Made by a program: the position numbers and the translations under genes. From positions 5,077,691 through 5,141,690 of the forward strand of contig NC_068982.1 of the NCBI RefSeq assembly GCF_001194135.2: 64,000 nucleotides of DNA, given 5' to 3'. Positions within the stretch are counted from its first letter, which is position 1. Every line of letters begins with the position of its first letter. Below, one piece after another: positions 51,747 to 64,000 of the stretch. The notes below the pieces were generated by a model that had not been told where the DNA came from, did not search any database, and was given only the letters and a program-made list of their open reading frames with translations. This DNA is from Octopus bimaculoides (Eukaryota).

Positions 51747-53336
51747 CCAAAGTACTGTTGCTGAATATTTCATGCTGTTCTTTTTTTATTTTTTTTTGTA
51801 TATCAACATAACCTCTATCCTTTTTTCAGAGAACAAAATAACTGCTGTATGCTTTACTTTGAAAGAAAGAACAGAGAGCTCTAAAAATAAAATCAAAGCT
51901 TTATCTCTGTTCATACAATTTTATCAAATGTCTTTTCTTCAAATCAGAGCATTTGCTTCACCTAAACTCATATTACATCCTGACTGCATAATTCAAGTCA
52001 GCTCTGATATCTCTCTAATTTGGAAGCTGTCAATCATTAATATTTCACAATCATTACCACACCTCCACCCTAGCATTCATCAGTATCTTTAACTGCTACT
52101 TCAACATCTTATGCCCTAACCCTAACCCTTGCTGTGTTTCTCCCCCAACCTTCCTAAAGCTACATAATGCCATTATCACTATGAGGTCACTCATTTTCTA
52201 AGAAACAGCAACTTATCTTGCTAAAATCATACCAGGAAGGACATAGGTGTCTCCAGGATACTCCTGGGATGTTATACCTTAAACAAAGACAAGATGCTCA
52301 TAGATAGTCTATTTCCTGTCAGAGATCTGATGACTCATGGTTGACCAGAGGTAATGCAAAGAGAATGACTATTCTTATATGCCTCACAATTCAAATTTTG
52401 TTTTAAAACCATTGTCCGATCCCCTCTTTCAAGATTTATAAGCCTGGAATTCTTCGTCTCATTGCCTTTTATCTACTAAAACTGAATGTCAACTGAATAT
52501 CATATATACTTACCTCATCCAATTATATCAATGCATAGTGAAAGAAAGCCTAAAAACACTATCAGCACATTGTCTTCTCCACTGTAGTAGTAGTAGTAGT
52601 AGTAGTAATAGTTTCTAACAGAAGAATGCTTAACCACAAAAGGCCAGATATGTGGTAAGTAGCTTGTTTACCAAGCACATGGTTCTGGGTTCAGTCCCAC
52701 TGCATGGCACCTTGGGCAAGTGTCTTCTACTATAGCCTCGGGCTGACCAAAGCCTTGTGAGTGGATTTGGTAGACGGAAGCTGAAAGAAGCCTGTATATA
52801 TATACGTGTGTGTGTGTGTATGTGTGTGTGCATATATGCTTGTGTCGGTGTTTATGTCCCTGTAACTTAACGGTTCGGCAAAAGTGACCGATAGAATAAG
52901 TACTAGGCTTACAAAGACTAAGTCTTGGGGTCGATTTGCTCGACTAAAGGCGATGCTCCAGCATGGTCACAGTCAAATGACTGAAACAAGTAAAAGAATT
53001 CATTTGCATTCATTTACCCAGAGGCCTACACTGTTGCTTGGGTGGATCTGCATGACCTTAACTTTCAATCAAATATTGAATAATCATTGACTAAAGACAT
53101 ATGCATAAAGAAACAGTATTTCAACTAATGACAGGTTCAAGTATAAGTGAGTTTGTTAGAAGAGAAAAATGTGGGTGGAAGAAACACTTCAAGAATTGCA
53201 ATTAAAATGTTTATTTGTCATATTATTGTCAGATGGTCTGATAGAAACCATTCTTGCAAATAAAGCACTTCCTGTGAATACAGAACTATAAATGACATAC
53301 TGGAATAGCCTAAATATTATTATTGGCTCAATGTAA

Positions 53337-53380
<44 letters not shown>

Positions 53381-53806
53381 AAGACAAACTCAAGAGAGCC
53401 ACGAAGCGAAAAACAGAAACAAGGAAATAACTTAGAAATTGAAATTGAAGTGATGATTGCAATCAATAAGACTCAATAACATAAGCAATATGGAATAAAA
53501 ATACAATAAGAAACAACGAACGTTGCATTTGATGTTCGTTCTGTAACATAATTGGAAGAAATATTTAGTTAAATATTGATGAAAATAGGTTAAACGAAAA
53601 TGCTTTTATATGAATATGTTGGCTGGTGTAAACCAGTGTTACAAAAATAGTTCCATATATGTGTTGGCTTGTGTAAACATCATCATCATCGTCATCATCA
53701 TTTAACATCCATTTTCCATGCTGGCATGGGTTGGATAGTTTGACAGGAGCTGGTGAGGCCAAATGCAGCACTAGGTTCCATAGTCTGTTTTGGCATGGTT
53801 TCTATC

Positions 53807-54252
53807 AGGGCTGTAGAGTCGAAACAAAAAACTTCGATTCCGACTGACTCCGACTCCTGTACTATTGGCACCTCTGACTCCGACTCCTCTTTATGTAATT
53901 GATTGTGGTATACATATCTCATAAAGCATATGGATATGCTTGTACTTTGAGTAAGCCTATATGTAAAAACTGGTTTATATTAAAGAATAAAGATACTGTG
54001 AGTCGGAATCAGAGTCGTTATAGTTTTACTGACTGATTCCAGCTATCCCTTCGTTGTTTCCAACTGACTCTGATTCCTCTTTATGTAATTAAGTGATTAT
54101 GGTCTACATGTCTCATAAAACATATGCATACGCTTGTACTTTGAATAGGTCTATGTGTTAGAACTGGCTTATATGAAAGAATAAAGACATTGTGAGTCGG
54201 GAATCAGAGTCAGTATAGTTTTACCGACTCTGACTCTGTCTCCAGCTACCCC
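53807..54252. mobile_element. MITE-like element with (GAGTCG/CGACTC) subterminal repeats and an internal about 190-bp duplication
   Basis: It starts agggctgtagagtcg. Two units run gactcctctttatgtaatt...gtgagtcgg...ccagcta[t/c]ccct. It truncates a family A SINE at about 53805. Confidence 0.55.
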
Positions 54253-54549
54253 TTAAATGCTGCTCTGTGTCACACTGAATCTGCCCGAGAACTACGTTAA
54301 GGATACACGTGTCTGTGGAGTGCTCAGCCACTTGCAAGTTAATTTCACGAGCAAGCTATTCCGTTGATCGGATCAACTGGAACCCTTGTTATCGTAACCG
54401 ACAGAGTGCTCCTAGCATAGAGCCAAAGTAGAAAACAGGTTCCAGTTTCAGTCCCACTGTGGGGCATCTTGGATAAGTGTCTTCTACTATAGCCTCGGGC
54501 CAACCAAAGCCTTGTGAATGGATTTGGTAGACAGAAACTGAAAGAAAAC

Positions 54550-54616
<67 letters not shown>

Positions 54617-56756
54617 ATGCTTGTGTGTGTGTGTTTGTTCCCCCAACATCGCTTGACAACCAATGGTGGTGTGTTTACGTCCCCATAACTTAGCAGTTCG
54701 TCAAAAGAGACCGATAGAATAAGTACTAGGCATACAAAGAATAAGTCCTGGGGTTGATTTACTCGACTAAAGGCGGTGCTCCAGCATGGCCACAGTCAAA
54801 TGACGGAAACAAGTAAAAGCGTAAGTGGTTCAATGTAGTGTTGAAATATTCAAATTTGTGTGCACGTGCATGTGTGTGAGTGTGTCCGTGTGTGTTTGTG
54901 TGTGGTGTGTATGGATGTATGTGTGAAAGAAAGTTGAGAGGTTAGGATCTCTTATGCCCCACGGTGCCCACCTGAGCCGTGTGGCAGAGGAAAAAATCTG
55001 ATGTATTTGACCTGACCAAAAGACATCAAAGAGACTCGTAACAGATTGTATTCAATTAATAAGCAGTTATCAAATATATGACTTTTATAGACTCACCTAA
55101 TTCACAGTTATTCAGCAATAAAATAATTACTACTATTGCTGTTTATTACAGTGATGATGATGATGGTGGCGGGGTTGGTGTTGGTGGTGGAGATAATGAT
55201 GACGGTGGTGTTGGTGATGATAACAAATTACACACAGGGAAACACACCATCTGTGCTACATCGAATNNNNNNNNNNNNNNNNNNNNNNNNNNNNNNNNNN
55301 NNNNNNNNNNNNNNNNNNNNNNNNNNNNNNNNNNNNNNNNNNNNNNNNNNNNNNNNNNNNNNNNNNNNNNNNNNNNNNNNNNNNNNNNNNNNNNNNNNNN
55401 NNNNNNNNNNNNNNNNNNNNNNNNNNNNNNNNNNNNNNNNNNNNNNNNNNNNNNNNNNNNNNNNNNNNNNNNNNNNNNNNNNNNNNNNNNNNNNNNNNNN
55501 NNNNNNNNNNNNNNNNNNNNNNNNNNNNNNNNNNNNNNNNNNNGTGATGATAACAAATTACACACAGGGAAACACACCATCTGTGCTACATCGAATAAAA
55601 AAAAGCAACCACAGATTAAAATATAATGACACTTTGCAATTGACCATCAGTTTCGGATAGTTGCAGCTACACAGGATTGAATATTTTCGCTGCTTATTAC
55701 TCATAAGTATTCTATCAACTTCAGCGATATAAAAGAGCAAAGTCATCTATGCAAGAAAATATGTAAATGCTATAAATTTCGGTGCCATTAATTACTACAA
55801 ATATTGGTGCAACAAATGTGACGTTCATATAACGCAGAGAAAATGGTGAAGACTATGCCAGGCTCTTTTTTTTTTTTTTTTTTTTTCAGAAATACATTTA
55901 TAATTTCTGAACAGATTTTGCTAGCTATCAATTAAAAGATGGAAATATAATTAAATAATTACAATTAAATAATTACATTTGAATAACATTAGATTCAAAT
56001 GGAGGATCATTATTCCAAAATCAAAAGGAAAAGGTCAAATGATGTTGAAATGAAAAAAAAGGAAAATGAAAAATTAATTAACAAATTAAAAGTAGCCTAT
56101 AATAAGGCAATTTCCGAAAGAAAAGGAGAGACATTGAAAGCAAGGAGCAGAGATAAAGGAAATGAGGAGGTAGATTTCTTTTTCGGGGAATGTTTCAGGA
56201 AAAAAAATTCAGATAATTCTCTACTTGTGTCAACTTATTAAGTAGCATAGATAACAGATTAATCAAAATAACAGCTGCAGGCTACTGAAGAAACACAAAA
56301 GTACATGACGGAAAACCTATGTAAATGTGCAGAAATATGCAATAAACACAACAGATATACTTTCCAAGCAAGATGAACGAAAAGATTATCTCTAATAACA
56401 TTGGCAGTAACTGCTATTAACAGCATTGCCAAACATCATGGAGCAATCACATTACACCCTCATGTTATAACGATAATAATACCATTAGCAAAAAGCAACT
56501 AAGTAGACAGAGATATTGTTATTCTTTATCCACCAGCAGCAGCAGCAGCAAGCTCCCTCAAAACAATATATTTTGTCGAAGGAATATTTGCCAGCAATAT
56601 AAAAGAAAATAATAAAATTCACCCTGTTTTCATCTTTGTCTGTATATGGAAAGCGGACGTTAAACGATGATGATGATGATGATGATGATATATACACACA
56701 TAATGATATATAATGGATGAGCTCAAGAATTGTGGTTCTTTTCTCTAAATTATATA

Positions 56757-56818
<62 letters not shown>

Positions 56819-56819
<1 letters not shown>

Positions 56820-57240
56820 GTAATCAATTTTTATGAGGAATTCTGTGGAATATTGCCGTGTAGTTCACTAATGTTTTCCCATCCAGTTTAGAGTTGTGTA
56901 GTGATGTGTGTTGCAATTGCCCCTTGTTCTAAGTGCATGGTGAACTGGCAGGAAAGTATTGTACATGTATGGCTAATATAAGGGTCGGATTCATAAGATT
57001 TACAGTCTTCCATATAATTTGTAAATCACACTGTCATTAGTAGATTCATCATGGGTTTATATACTTGTGCTTTGTAATTGATAAAGAAGTTCTTAATTTT
57101 AGTGTTTTCTTAGTATATTATTAGACTACATTTATGGCTTGGAGTAAATGCATTGCATGTTGAAAGCTCCAAATCCCAAATGGGATTCATAAATTGTGAT
57201 TGCAAATATAAAAGTTGTAAATTCCACTTGTTATATTGGC
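56819..57240 (-). mobile_element. Penelope-like element remnant, GIY-YIG endonuclease region (frameshifted)
   Basis: Minus-strand translation: VIYKLYG / EDCKSYESDPYISHTCTILSCQFTMHLEQGAIATHITTQL / KLDGKTLVNYTAIFHRIPHKN*LR. This matches the VIY..C...YIG.T...L.RR..H pattern with CpG-type decay. Confidence 0.65.
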
Positions 57241-57289
57241 CAAAAAAAGTATGACACTTTCTCATTGGTTCACTGTACACTCACAACAA

Positions 57290-57620
57290 AGAGTTTTTGC
57301 ACTACACCACACAAGATAAAAGCATAACTAGATAAGAAAACATTGGTGGGACAATACATTAGTGCCCTACAGAATTTCCCACAAAAACAGGCAACCAATG
57401 ATGGAAGCAATACTCATAACAATGCCAGAACAAACACATAGAAGACATACAGACATACATATAGACACTGGCCAAAAACAGAAATAAACATTTGCCAGTT
57501 TACATAGAAATTTAAAAGTTAAAGTTCAAATTTCAGCAGTAATCTACAAGACATAGCAACATGTGCCAACATCACTCAATCCTGAAGATGAGATTGCAAA
57601 GGTCCAAAATATCAATGAGG
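57290..57620 (+). mobile_element. Second Penelope-like GIY-YIG 3' remnant, inverted relative to the first
   Basis: ctagataagaaaacattggtgg...ctacagaatttcccacaaaaac is homologous to the minus copy, encodes MEAILI at 57401-57418, and has a degenerate CTGAAGA core at 57582. Confidence 0.55.
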
Positions 57621-57719
57621 AATTTATAAACTTTACTGTTCTAAACAAATGGCACAAAACTCATATGAAAATATGAAAAATCCTTCATAAAAGCTATTCC
57701 CATATATATAATTGTATAT

Positions 57720-57970
57720 GGGAGTGGCTGTGTGGTAAGTAGCTTGCTTACGACCACATGGTTCTGAGTTCAACCGTGTGTGTTGCAGCTACACAGGATT
57801 GAATAATTTTGCTGCTTATTTCTCATAGGGCTTCTTTCAGTTCCTGACTACCAGATCCACTCACAAGGCCCGAGGCTATAGTAGAAGACAATTAACCGAG
57901 GTGCCATGCAGTGGGACTGAACCCGGAACCATGTGGTTTGGAAGCAAGCTTCTTACCATGCAGTCATGCC
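57720..57970. mobile_element. Convergent inverted pair of family C heads with a foreign 46-bp junction
   Basis: Plus-strand head at 57721-57775, minus-strand copy at 57830-57970, and a junction matching 55660-55705. Confidence 0.7.
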
Positions 57971-60726
57971 TCCACCTACGAGTAAAGTGAAAAGAAGGGG
58001 AAAAACTAAGATTGGTTAAGTATGTCTTTAAATTAAGACATATTTGTACAAAGAATCTTTATTGTAAAAGACTCCTTTCTTTGCAAACCAGTCACCCTTA
58101 AGATGGCACGATACCTAGTTTCTTTGTTAGCAGACTGAAAACAATAAACGGTCTACTATGCTTTCATATTAACATATTGCAGTTTATGTAATACAATTTT
58201 ATTATTAGTATTTGTTGGTAATGTGAACTGGCAAACTCATTAATATGCTTAGTGGCATTTCGTCTGTGTTTACATTATGTGTTCAAATTCCATCAAGATT
58301 GATTTTGCCTTTCATCCTTTTGGGGTCAATGAAATAAGCACCAGTTATGCACTGGGGGGAGGGGGTCGATACCATTGATTTACTCCCTCTCTCAAAATTG
58401 CAGGCCTTATGCCAAAATTTGAAACAAATATTAATTGGCATTTATTCTACATATACTTAAAAAAATATTCTTTTCTACTCTAAACACAAGGCCCGAAATT
58501 TGGGGGAAGGGGGCCAGTCAATTAGGTTGACCCCAGTGCGCAACTGGTACTTAAGTTACCAACCCCGAGGGGATGAAAAGCAAAGTTGACCTAGGCGAAA
58601 TTTGAACTCAGAACATAAAGACAGACGGTCATTTCGCCTGGCATGCTAACATTTCTGTCAGCTTGCTGCCTTGTAAGAAACAAATATTAAAAGGGTCAAT
58701 AGAAATATCCTAGCACCAAGATATCTATGCAACCCTAAAATTATATTCATAAACCTTAAGATAAAATTCATGATAAAACTCAGAACGTAAAGACAGATGA
58801 AATACCGCTAAGTCTTTAACCCGGATTCCTAACCTTTCTGCCAGTTCACCACCTTCTGCCACTAAAATATTGAGTCAAAATTATCAAAATAGTAACTAGT
58901 TGCTTGTAAAGTCTCCAAGAGGGTGCAAGTACATAATTATACACGTGTAGCATTCCTAAACGTTATTCACAAAAATTATTCACTTGAAATACTAAAGCTG
59001 ATGAGATTTTGGATAACGTAATTCTCTGTAAGGCAATCTAATTTGAAACTTCGTCACAGTAAAATGACACATTTATTAAGAGCCAACTTCCCAAGACACT
59101 TAAATAAGAATAGATTTGCATCAAGAGTTTGAAATGAAATAAAATTTAGGTCAAACACATAATGAAATATTGCAGTTTTTTCTTGTTTTCTTTTCAGATA
59201 TACCCAGCAGAATATTAACTTCATTTTGATCATTAAAAAGCTTTTAGTTCACTTAAAACATAATTTTAAAAATTTCTTTAATTTTAATGAAATTGTTCAT
59301 AATTGCTGAGGCAATACATCAGAGTAATTATTCGAATGCTGCTTTCCATGCTGAGAAGGTCCACTTCATACAAATATGAACTGGTTATAGAAATATTATT
59401 TCTCTTATGAAAACATAATTCATGAATCAACTTTTAAGAGCAAATTAATATTTAGATTCTTTTTTTTTTTTTTCTTTATTACTAAATTATTACGTTTCAT
59501 AATAAAATGATAAACTTAGTGCACATAAGTCTTTTCCCATCTGAATTGCATTGACTACAGTCTTTTTACAATTGTTAAGTCTTCATGCCATTTCAAGCAT
59601 AAAAAGTTGATTTTTGTAGAAGTAGTTCATTACAAAGAACTGAAGTTAAATGTCTGATAATTTCAGAAAATAATTTCAACCAGAAAGCACTTACCAAAGC
59701 TAAAATACTACCTTGGTTCCTTTGATGTTTAAAGAGGCTGCCAGTTAAAAACTATGATGCTGATTTGCTTTGCAGCTGTCTATGAATAAAAATGAGTAGC
59801 AATAGCCAAAATTACAGCGCTTTTAGGTGAAGAAACCTGCTTCCAGGATCGTCCAAAGAAATTATACATAAGCAACAATACAATACATCTAAGAATCAAT
59901 TTTGAAGTAACACAAAGCCAAGAAGACTGGAGAAAGCAGGTAAGATGCAGGCAAAGTGAAAATCTGTTGTAAAACTACAAAGATTTTTTAAAAAATATAT
60001 TGCAGTTTCCAATATTTCATGAATGTCAGAATACTAATTTCCAACTGGAGTACCCGTGTATCTACTCTGCAGCAAGACACCTGTGTCTGTGCCCTCTATA
60101 CCCTAAATCTTTAAACTGGCACAAGCCACTAGTCCTCACCATCTCAGTTGAGAGGTTCTTGTTTTGCAAGGCACTTGGTGGTCCTGTCAATGCTGGTGCC
60201 ACATAAAATGCCGTGGTGTTGGCTCCGCATAAAAAGGATCCGGTACATTCTGTAAAATGGCTTGCATTAGGAGGAGCATCCAGCTGTAGAAACCATGCCA
60301 AAACAGACTATGGAACCTGGTGCATCTCCTGTCAAACCACCTAACCCATGCCAGCTCAGGAAACAGACGTTAAATGATGATAATGATGATATAACATTAG
60401 GTCTGACAGAGTTTCTGTTGTAACCTCAGAAGCAAATCTATTTTAATTTACTCGTCTTTGTTTATGTAGTGAAATATTATCTGACACTAAATTACTGCTT
60501 TTTTGATGAGAGAAAGACATCTTCAATTCGCTTAAGACCACAAAAAATGTACAACTGTCAGCCTTTTAAGTTATGCTGTTTTCGAAAAAGACTGAGAAAT
60601 TGTAGAAATGCTGACCAAATATCATGGCATTTAGTTTCAATTCTCTATGTCCTAAGTTCAAATTCTACCAAAGTTGGCTTCACATTCCATTTTTTATCAA
60701 TTTGTTTTGTGTATGTGTATGGCAGG

Positions 60727-61080
60727 TTTCATTAAAACATTGAATCTTTCTTCTCTCCAGCGTCAATGTAAGTGCTATATCATTTGCACAATGTGGAGAA
60801 TATACCACAAGCATTGCCCAAAAGACCTTAACATTAGATTCAGAATTCATCCATGGATGGGGCCACTAAAAACTTCAGGCTCACAATTTCTCTTCTTCCA
60901 CAGGCCCTGCTCTATATAACATTATCCCAAAACAGCTCAAAGAAGAAAAAGATCCCATCAACTTCAAACGAAACCTGGACAGTTTTTCTCAAGTGATACC
61001 AGACAAGTCACCGATACCTCAATACATTTTGGTCAACAAAACTCCCTACTTCACTGGGCCGTGACACCACAAAAGTTGAC
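60727..61080 (+). mobile_element. 3' remnant of a CR1/L2-like LINE
   Basis: LKTLNLSSLQRQCKCYIICTMWRIY... and HNFSSSTGPALYNIIPKQLKEEKDPINFKRNLDSFSQVIPDK resemble the LYSLQRRRERY...GP.LFN..P...FK..LD..L..IPD.P C-terminus. Confidence 0.6.
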
Positions 61081-61634
61081 TCACCAATGACTTAACAGAT
61101 CCTATCTTTGGCCAAAATGTTAGAAATACAGAGGGTCAATTCAATTAAATATAATCCACTTTTTAATCAACTTTGTGCTGACACAAGAAATAAAATCATT
61201 TTATTGCAAACAAAATCTGCCTTACAAACCACACAGACAGAAATTCAATATTTTATCCAGCATATTAACACAATTGACAGGAAGAAAGATGTTCAAGAGC
61301 AAATCAGAAATAAATTTATATAAATTTTGTAATACAGAATTATTTTTACTTTTGTAAAAGAGTGAATATCACCAACTTTCACCTATTTATATCTGTCCTA
61401 TCTCCTCTTTGATTTATTTCCCTGCCAAATGCCAGAATACATCATATAATTCAACAAATTAAAATCAGTTGAGTTTATCCATCATCATTCTTCAATGTTA
61501 ATCCAAATTTCTATACATCAGACTTACTCCTTCCTAAATCTATATATCTATATATATATATATATATATATACACGACATATATGTGTTTTGATATATAC
61601 ACATGTATATGTGAGAGTGTGTGTGTGTGTGTGT

Positions 61635-61899
61635 TGTGCCGCCTGATTGGATTCCGTACCAGTGGCACATAAAAAGCACCATTTAAGCGTGGCTGATGGC
61701 AGTGCCATCTGACTGGCTCCCATGCCAGTGACATGCAAAAAGCACCCACTACACTCTCGGAGTGGTTGGCGTTAGGAAGGACATCCAGCTGTAGAAACTC
61801 TGCCAGATCAGATTGGAGCCTGGTGTAGCCTTCGGGCTCCACCAGTCCTCAGTCAAATCGTCCAACCCATGCTAGCATGGAAAGCGGACGTTAAACGAC

Positions 61900-61930
<31 letters not shown>
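61635..61930 (+). mobile_element. SINE-like family A with long (GAT)n tail
   Basis: Family hallmarks plus about 14 GAT units. Confidence 0.85.
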
Positions 61931-63035
61931 AGAAAGAGGGTTAAGCTGGCAGAATCATTAGCATGCTGGATGAAATACTTAGCAGTATTTCGCTTGTCGC
62001 TATGTTCTGAGTTCAAATTCTGCCAACGTTGACTTTGCTTTTCATCCTTTCAGAGTCGATAAATTAAGTACCAGTTGCGTACTGGGGTCGATGTAAATGA
62101 CTCACCCCCACCCCCCACAAATGGCTGCTCTTCTGGCAAAAATTTGAAACCATTATTACTCTAATTGATGATGACTCATTGCTGAAAATTACCAATAATT
62201 TTACATAGACAATACTCATCAAATCCACCCATGCCCTTCTACACTTGCATGCCTAAGAGATTTTTCTTTTTTTTGTTTCTTTTTTTTTTTTTGTAATTTC
62301 AAGAGACAACAAAACATCATCATTAGAATTGAAAGAACATCTCAATTCTATGATACAGTTTGTAGCTTAAAACATGAATTTCTCATTGCTTTCTTTTTGT
62401 GGAAGTAATTAATGCAGAATTTATTTCATCATTATTTTTATCATTCAACTGAAGTCAATTTTTGCATGCTAACACAGGTTAGATATTTATCAATCTGCGT
62501 ACATGGCATCACAGCAGCTGTGCAAATCGGTGCCGGAGAGAAGAAACGGAGAAGATAATGGATATTGAAAGATAACGAACACATTCATAACAGGAAATAT
62601 TATAAACACAGACTAAATGTCTTTTATCTTTTATCTCTTACTTGTTCCAGTCATTAGACTATGGCCATGCTGGAGTGCAGCTTTGGGGGATTTTAGTTGA
62701 ATGAATCAACCCTGGTACTTATTCTATCAGTCTCTTTTGACAAACTGTTACAGGGATGGAAAGATTCCAGTATTGGTTGTCAAGTGGTGCAAGGGGTGGA
62801 GGGAACAGACACAAACAAACACACACACACATGTATATACAATGTTCTTCTTCCAGTTTCTGTGTCCCAAATCCCCTCATAAGGCTTTAGTAGGCCTGAA
62901 GCTGTAGGGCTACAGAAGAAGACATTTGCCCAAGGTGCCATGCAGTGAGACGGAACCTGGAGACATGTGGTTAGGAAGCAAGCTTCTTACCACAATCATA
63001 TCATAGAAAGAAAAGTCATAATATATCTAAAACAA

Positions 63036-63228
63036 AAGGCAGCGACCTGGCAGAAACGTTAGCACGCCGGGCGTGCTTACATTCCGAGTTCAAATTCCAC
63101 CAAGGTTGATTTTGCCATTCATCCTTTTGGGGTCGATAAATTAAGAACCAGTTGCATACTGGGGTCGATCTAATTGACTGGCCCCTTCCCCCAAAATTTC
63201 AGGCCTTGTGCCTAGAGTAGAAAAGAAT
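63036..63228 (+). mobile_element. SINE family B copy
   Basis: Family hallmarks, ending cctagagtagaaaagaat. Confidence 0.85.
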
Positions 63229-64000
63229 ATATCTAAAACAAATAACTACAAGCAACCGTAATTTTTAGATTTTTTTTGTTTTGCTGCATCAGATTAATTG
63301 CATTTTGAAAATTATTATTAACCAAACAAAAACAGAATCAAACCTTAAGCAGAATTTTTATCTGGAGTACTTTAGCTGTCATTTAATCCATTTGATACCA
63401 ATTTTAGAATCAGAATGAAGAAAAAGAATGCAAAGGAAGAAAATATTGGATGTTTTGAAAAAATAAAAGAAAACAAATGGAAAAGAAAAAGGAAAAAACA
63501 GAGGAAAAGCCTTTGTTAAGGAATTTAAGCAATAAAGATAGAAATCATAAACATTCAAGAATGTAGCAAATTTAATTATTCATTGTGTTTAATAAAAAAA
63601 AAACATTCAAAACTAAACAAAATAACAACAAAAAAACTGGTTCATTGACTAACTTATATAATTAATTGAATTCAATGATAAGGTATAAGAACTGTAATAG
63701 TGAATTAAACTGATAAGACATGTGAACTCTAATAGCTAAAAAAAACAGTTTTCCATCTTTCTTAGGTTTCTTTAAATGAAAGATTCTCAATTGTTTCAGA
63801 AATGCAAAAGTGGATTAGGAAAGAAAAAAAAGTAAGACCAACCTATAAATTCCAGTTAAGTATTTTGAATAAATAGATTAATGTGGGTCTTATGAAATAT
63901 ATAAATGCTTTCTGATCATTTCAGCATTTACCTCCTGTTAGAGCAATTTTTCTATGAGTGGAGTTTTATTTCTACCAAGAATCCTTTCAAAACATAATAC

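Noticed and set aside
52104-52119. (CCCTAA)2.5 telomere-like motif
   Set aside because: Too short to distinguish from chance.
52327-52360. CTGATGA-ctc...gag-GTAA hammerhead candidate
   Set aside because: GAAA is replaced by GTAA and no helix I partner was found.
55214-55596. 53-bp direct repeat flanking a gap
   Set aside because: An exact duplicate on each side of the Ns is a likely assembly overlap, not an LTR or TSD.
59776-59939. Plus-strand exon-like segment with CAG|gtaaga donor (also 10025, 19663, 50150)
   Set aside because: Stops in most frames and no coherent reading frame between segments.

Overview
AT-rich eukaryotic, intron- or intergenic-like DNA with six N-gaps and dense (TA)n/(CA)n/(GAT)n microsatellites. 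The repeat families look cephalopod, most likely an Octopus draft scaffold (inference). No long host ORF can be supported; nearly all ORF-track entries are microsatellite, SINE or N-gap artefacts. The window is dominated by several SINE-like families (dozens of copies), a TTAA-flanked MITE that recurs as a fixed dimer, a hAT-type MITE, and decayed 3' ends of non-LTR retrotransposons (CR1/L2-like, R4/Dong-like, RTE-like). The strongest signal is a set of minimal type-I hammerhead ribozyme (HHR) motifs from three sequence families. One family has a tRNA-like Pol III head and occurs as head-to-head fold-back pairs. An inverted pair of Penelope-like GIY-YIG remnants lies in the same window. Together these suggest a non-autonomous, ribozyme-tailed, tRNA-headed element riding on Penelope-like machinery. 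A weak minus-strand chain of micro-exon candidates is reported at low confidence only. SINE family letters A-E are my own labels and most repeat boundaries are approximate.
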